Shown in pieces: positions 46,533-49,292 of a stretch of 49,292 nucleotides of DNA (positions within the stretch are counted from its first letter, which is position 1; every line of letters begins with the position of its first letter). The stretch is from NCBI GenBank assembly GCA_964629345.1, contig CAZVSG010000002.1:1-49292 (forward strand), given 5' to 3'. The notes below the pieces were generated by a model. That model made no database searches. It saw only the letters and a program-made list of their open reading frames with translations, and was not told the origin of the DNA. Made by a program: the position numbers and the translations under genes. Origin of the DNA: an uncultured Christensenella sp. Lineage in GTDB: Bacteria; Bacillota; Clostridia; Christensenellales; Aristaeellaceae.

Positions 46533-47283
46533 CGCCTTTGAGCAGGAACCCTCTGGACATACAGATCTGTTCCATCAAGGCCTGCCCCCGCAGCGCACGG
46601 TCCTTGATCAGGTAGCGCGAAACAACGCCTTCCGGCGCGATGAGCATCAATTCATCCAGCAGCTGCATGGAAAGGTTGTACACGTCCAGCACTTCATCCC
46701 GTATCGCGGCGATGTACGCCAGTCTGCGGGCGGCGGCCGGATCATCCAGCTTTGGCCAAAGCAATCCGGGGGTATCCAGCAGCTCAAGCATCGGCGCGGC
46801 CTGGATCCATTGCGGGGCGCGGGTGACGCCCGGCCTGTCCTGCACCCTGAAGGCAGCCCGCCCTGCCAGAAGATTGATCAGTGTGCTCTTTCCCACGTTC
46901 GGCACGCCCAGGATCATCGCGCGGACGGGCTTTGCGATGCCGCGCTCTTTTGCGCGCAGGCTTGTCTCTTCCGTCAGTTTCTCAAGGGTTTTCAGGATCT
47001 GCGCCTTTCCGCTGCCCATTTTGATCGCCATGGCGGTCTGGCCTTGCTTCCGGAAGAAACCGAGCCACCTGGCAGTTGTTTCCGGATCGGCAAGGTCTGC
47101 CTTGTTCAGCAGCAGCAGGGACGGTTTGTTCCTTCTCAGGTCATCGATCTCCGGATTCCGGCTTGACAGAGGAAGCCGGGCGTCGCAGATCTCGATCACC
47201 GCGTCCACGCGCTTGAGCTGTTCCAGCAGCAGACGCCGTGCCTTTGCCATGTGACCGGGATACCAGGCGATCACCTGCTGCAA
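46420..47283 (-). CDS. rbgA: Ribosome biogenesis GTPase A (YlqF/RbgA), circularly permuted GTPase
   Basis: I.W.PGHMAKA.R........D...E..DAR.P.SS.NP; NK.DL precedes the P-loop G.PNVGKS.LIN, which is the permuted order. The proposed start is TTG at 47283, with AAGGAGG 8 nt upstream, giving 287 aa. The 68 upstream residues in the track are non-homologous. Confidence 0.9.
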   Translation of the reverse strand: MQQVIAWYPGHMAKARRLLLEQLKRVDAVIEICDARLPLSSRNPEIDDLRRNKPSLLLLNKADLADPETTARWLGFFRKQGQTAMAIKMGSGKAQILKTLEKLTEETSLRAKERGIAKPVRAMILGVPNVGKSTLINLLAGRAAFRVQDRPGVTRAPQWIQAAPMLELLDTPGLLWPKLDDPAAARRLAYIAAIRDEVLDVYNLSMQLLDELMLIAPEGVVSRYLIKDRALRGQALMEQICMSRGFLLKGGEKDLERGAVCVLDEFRAGLLGRITLEAPGGGAIDEG

Positions 47284-47362
47284 TTTTATGTCCTCCTTAA
47301 CCGGATGAATAAAAAAATACCATGCTTTCACACCGTTTGCAAGAAAGCGGGGCTCATGGCGG

Positions 47363-47392
47363 TTGACACCTGACAAATCCCGATGATAAGAT
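47363..47392 (+). promoter_or_regulatory. Candidate sigma-A promoter for the pheST leader (TTGACA-18-TAAGAT, TG at -15/-14)
   Basis: TTGACA at 47363..47368 and gaTGaTAAGAT with the -10 hexamer at 47387..47392. Confidence 0.45.
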
Positions 47393-47398
47393 GGGCCA

Positions 47399-47623
47399 TC
47401 GGCTTTGACGAAGGACAACCCCCTGACAGGAGCGCCCGTCAGAGAGGGCGGCAGCAGCTGAAAGCCGCCCGGCGCGCTATGGGGCATTCACTTCCGAGCC
47501 GCCCGGCAGAACAGAGTAAGCCTGGCCGTTCACCCGCGTTAGGGGATGAAGCGCGCGTTTGCGCGAAAATTGGGTGGTACCACGCTGACCAGGCGTCCCA
47601 TGCGAAGGCATGGGCGCTTTTTT
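47399..47623 (+). promoter_or_regulatory. T-box riboswitch leader (Phe specifier candidate UUC) controlling pheS-pheT
   Basis: The conserved T-box sequence AAAATTGGGTGGTACCACG lies at 47566..47584. An AGAGAG (AG-bulge-like) motif lies at 47441..47446. TTC followed by A at 47487..47490 sits on the 3' side of the putative Stem I. A terminator hairpin and U-run end the leader just before the pheS SD. Confidence 0.85.
47593..47623 (+). terminator. T-box leader terminator (attenuator)
   Basis: GCGTCCCATGC-gaag-GCATGGGCGC (10 bp, one bulge) followed by TTTTTT. The 5' arm can alternatively pair with the T-box sequence to form the antiterminator. Confidence 0.8.
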
Positions 47624-47635
47624 GGAGGCTGAATC

Positions 47636-48673
47636 ATGCAGGAACGCTTAAGGATCCTCAAGGCATCGGCAGAGGCGGCAATTTCGGCCGCTGAAAGCAC
47701 GGAAACCCTCACAGAGATCAGGCATCAGTACCTCGGGAAAAAGGGTGAGCTGACCCTCATCCTCAAGGAGCTTGGCAGCCTTGACCCGGAGGAGCGAAAA
47801 CAGATCGGGAAGGCGGCCAATGAGGTCAAGCAGGCCATCACCGACATTTTGGCCCTGCGGGAAGAAGCGCTTGCCGGCGAGGGATCCTGCATCCAGGGCG
47901 CGATCGACCTGACGCTGCCAGGCCTTCCCCCGGTTTCAGGCGGGCTGCATCCCATCACACAGATGTGCTACGACCTCAATGACGCGTTCCTTTCCCTCGG
48001 GTTCGAGGTCTTCTCCGAGGATGAGATCACCAGCGAAAAATATGGCTTTGACAACCTGAACTTCCCCCCGGATCATCCTGCGCGGGATACGATGGACACC
48101 TATTGGCTGGCAGGCTGTGAAGGGAAGACCGGGGCCGAGCGGCTCTGCCTGCGGCCGCACCTGACGGGTGCCAGCGTCAGGTATCTGAAAAAACACGGCG
48201 CGCCCGCCCGCTTCGTCTATCCGGGCAGGGTGTACCGAAACGAGAATACAGACGCCCGGCATGAACGCGCGTTTTTCCAGTATGAAGCGCTGATCGTCGA
48301 GAAGGATTTCGCGTTCGCTTCAGGACAGCTCCTGATGCGCACGATCCTTGAAAAAGTGTTCGGGAGAGCCGTTGACATCCGCATACGGGCAGGCTTCTTT
48401 CCCTTTGTGGAACCGGGGTTTGAGATCGACATGAAATGCCTCGTCTGCGGCGGCAAGGGATGCAAGGTCTGCAAGCACGTCGGCTGGATCGAGGTGATGC
48501 CGGGCGGCACGCCGCATCCAAACGTCCTCAGGGCAGCGGGCCTTGACCCTGATGTTTGGTCCGGCTTTTACATCAACATCGGCCTGGACCGGCTGGTCAT
48601 GATGCGCTACGGCGTTGACGACGTACGCCTGTTCCACAGCGGGGACCTCCGCTTCCTCAGTCAGTTCAGATAA
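47636..48673 (+). CDS. pheS: Phenylalanine--tRNA ligase alpha subunit
   Basis: The N-terminal coiled coil (YLGKKG.LT..LK.LG.L..EER...G) is followed by HP......D.F..LGF, F.P..HPARD..DT.W, LR.H.T, the class II motifs FR.E..DA.H...F.Q.EGL and GFGLGL-like (INIGLDRLVMM). SD GGAGG precedes the start. Confidence 0.97.
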   Translation: MQERLRILKASAEAAISAAESTETLTEIRHQYLGKKGELTLILKELGSLDPEERKQIGKAANEVKQAITDILALREEALAGEGSCIQGAIDLTLPGLPPVSGGLHPITQMCYDLNDAFLSLGFEVFSEDEITSEKYGFDNLNFPPDHPARDTMDTYWLAGCEGKTGAERLCLRPHLTGASVRYLKKHGAPARFVYPGRVYRNENTDARHERAFFQYEALIVEKDFAFASGQLLMRTILEKVFGRAVDIRIRAGFFPFVEPGFEIDMKCLVCGGKGCKVCKHVGWIEVMPGGTPHPNVLRAAGLDPDVWSGFYINIGLDRLVMMRYGVDDVRLFHSGDLRFLSQFR

Positions 48674-48685
48674 GGGAGTAAAGAT

Positions 48686-49292
48686 ATGAAAGTTTCGCTC
48701 AACTGGCTGCGCCAATATGTAGAGCTCCCCGGGAGCCTGACAATAGATCAGCTTTGCCATGACCTGACCATGAGAACGGTCGAGGTGGAAGGCGCGGAGA
48801 GCCCGGCCAAAGCGCTGGAAGGGATCGCCGCGGGCGTCATCACCGACATCCAGCCCCATCCGCAGGCGGACATGCTCAGGGTATGCCAAGTCGACGTCGG
48901 CAATCCCGAACCCGCCGTCATCGTATGCGGCGGGACCAACATCCGCATCGGCATGACAGCCGCCGTCGCGCTGCCCGGCGCCAGGGTCCGCTGGCACGGG
49001 GAAGGCGAGCCGGTCGTCATCAAGCCGACAAAGCTCCGCGGCGTAAAAAGCGGGGGGATGATCTGCGCGGCGGCTGAAATGGAACTGGACGGCCTGTTCC
49101 CTGAGGGCGGGGAGCATGAGATCCTGGACCTGTCCGATTTCCCCGCCAAGCCGGGGGATCCTGTCGCCCTGGTGCTGGGCCTTGATGATATCGTGCTTGA
49201 GATCGACAACAAGTCCCTGACCAATCGCCCGGACCTCTGGGGGCATTACGGGATCGCCAGGGCGCTTTCCGCCACCTATGCCTGCCCCCTGA
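48686..49292 (+). CDS. pheT: Phenylalanine--tRNA ligase beta subunit, 5' part (runs off the right window edge)
   Basis: ATG at 48686, with SD GGGAG upstream. The translation MKVSLNWLRQYVELP.., the tRNA-binding (EMAP/OB) domain V....HP.AD.L.VC.VD.G......IVCG..N...G...A.ALPGA and the motif N.SLTNRPDLWGHYGIAR are all PheT-typical. It is open-ended and therefore absent from the ORF track. Confidence 0.95.
   Translation, partial: MKVSLNWLRQYVELPGSLTIDQLCHDLTMRTVEVEGAESPAKALEGIAAGVITDIQPHPQADMLRVCQVDVGNPEPAVIVCGGTNIRIGMTAAVALPGARVRWHGEGEPVVIKPTKLRGVKSGGMICAAAEMELDGLFPEGGEHEILDLSDFPAKPGDPVALVLGLDDIVLEIDNKSLTNRPDLWGHYGIARALSATYACPL

Overview
This is a GC-rich chromosomal segment from a Firmicutes/Clostridia-type anaerobe. 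That assignment rests on the SCIFF peptide locus, B12-dependent glutamate fermentation genes, a T-box leader, and Bacillus-like rbgA-rnhB ... dprA-topA-trmFO-hslVU synteny. All calls come from reading the translations and DNA by eye; no BLAST or HMM search was run.

The window is almost entirely core housekeeping DNA with a strong minus-strand bias. I found no transposase, integrase, CRISPR array, tRNA or rRNA.

Main blocks:
- 1-6 kb: glmS-glmL-glmE-mal (the first steps of the methylaspartate pathway), followed in the same tight operon by a DUF1446/AtuA-like gene and the start of a DUF4387 gene.
- 6-11 kb: a GT4 glycosyltransferase overlapping mnmG, a SCIFF (ranthipeptide) radical-SAM maturase with its 47-aa six-Cys precursor (too short for the ORF track), and tadA.
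- 11.5-15 kb: a roughly 1200-aa secreted protein with 10 SdrD-B/Cna-B-like repeats.
- 15-21 kb: yebC, a cytoplasmic GDPD, a Big_2-CHAP hydrolase, a UPF0104 membrane protein, a decayed aspartokinase remnant, a secreted cadherin-like protein and an SOD.
- 21-25 kb: a degenerate kinase-fold protein, rlmH-recF, a co-oriented DnaA-box cluster in a 540-nt gap, and an MsmX-type ATPase.
- 25-33 kb: barnase-barstar, a metallophosphoesterase, and the operon secA-prfB-DUF1461-tsaD.
- 33-47 kb: ten genes packed over about 14 kb, rbgA-rnhB-yraN-(1368-aa tandem GT-C protein)-comM-dprA-topA-trmFO-hslV-hslU.
- 47-49 kb: a Phe T-box leader and pheS-pheT.

No clear-cut novel multi-gene system (for example a defence island) is visible. 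The most checkable unknowns are the DUF1446/DUF4387 pair attached to the glutamate mutase operon, the DnaA-box cluster upstream of rlmH, the SCIFF locus with its intercistronic hairpin, and the fused double GT-C glycosyltransferase.
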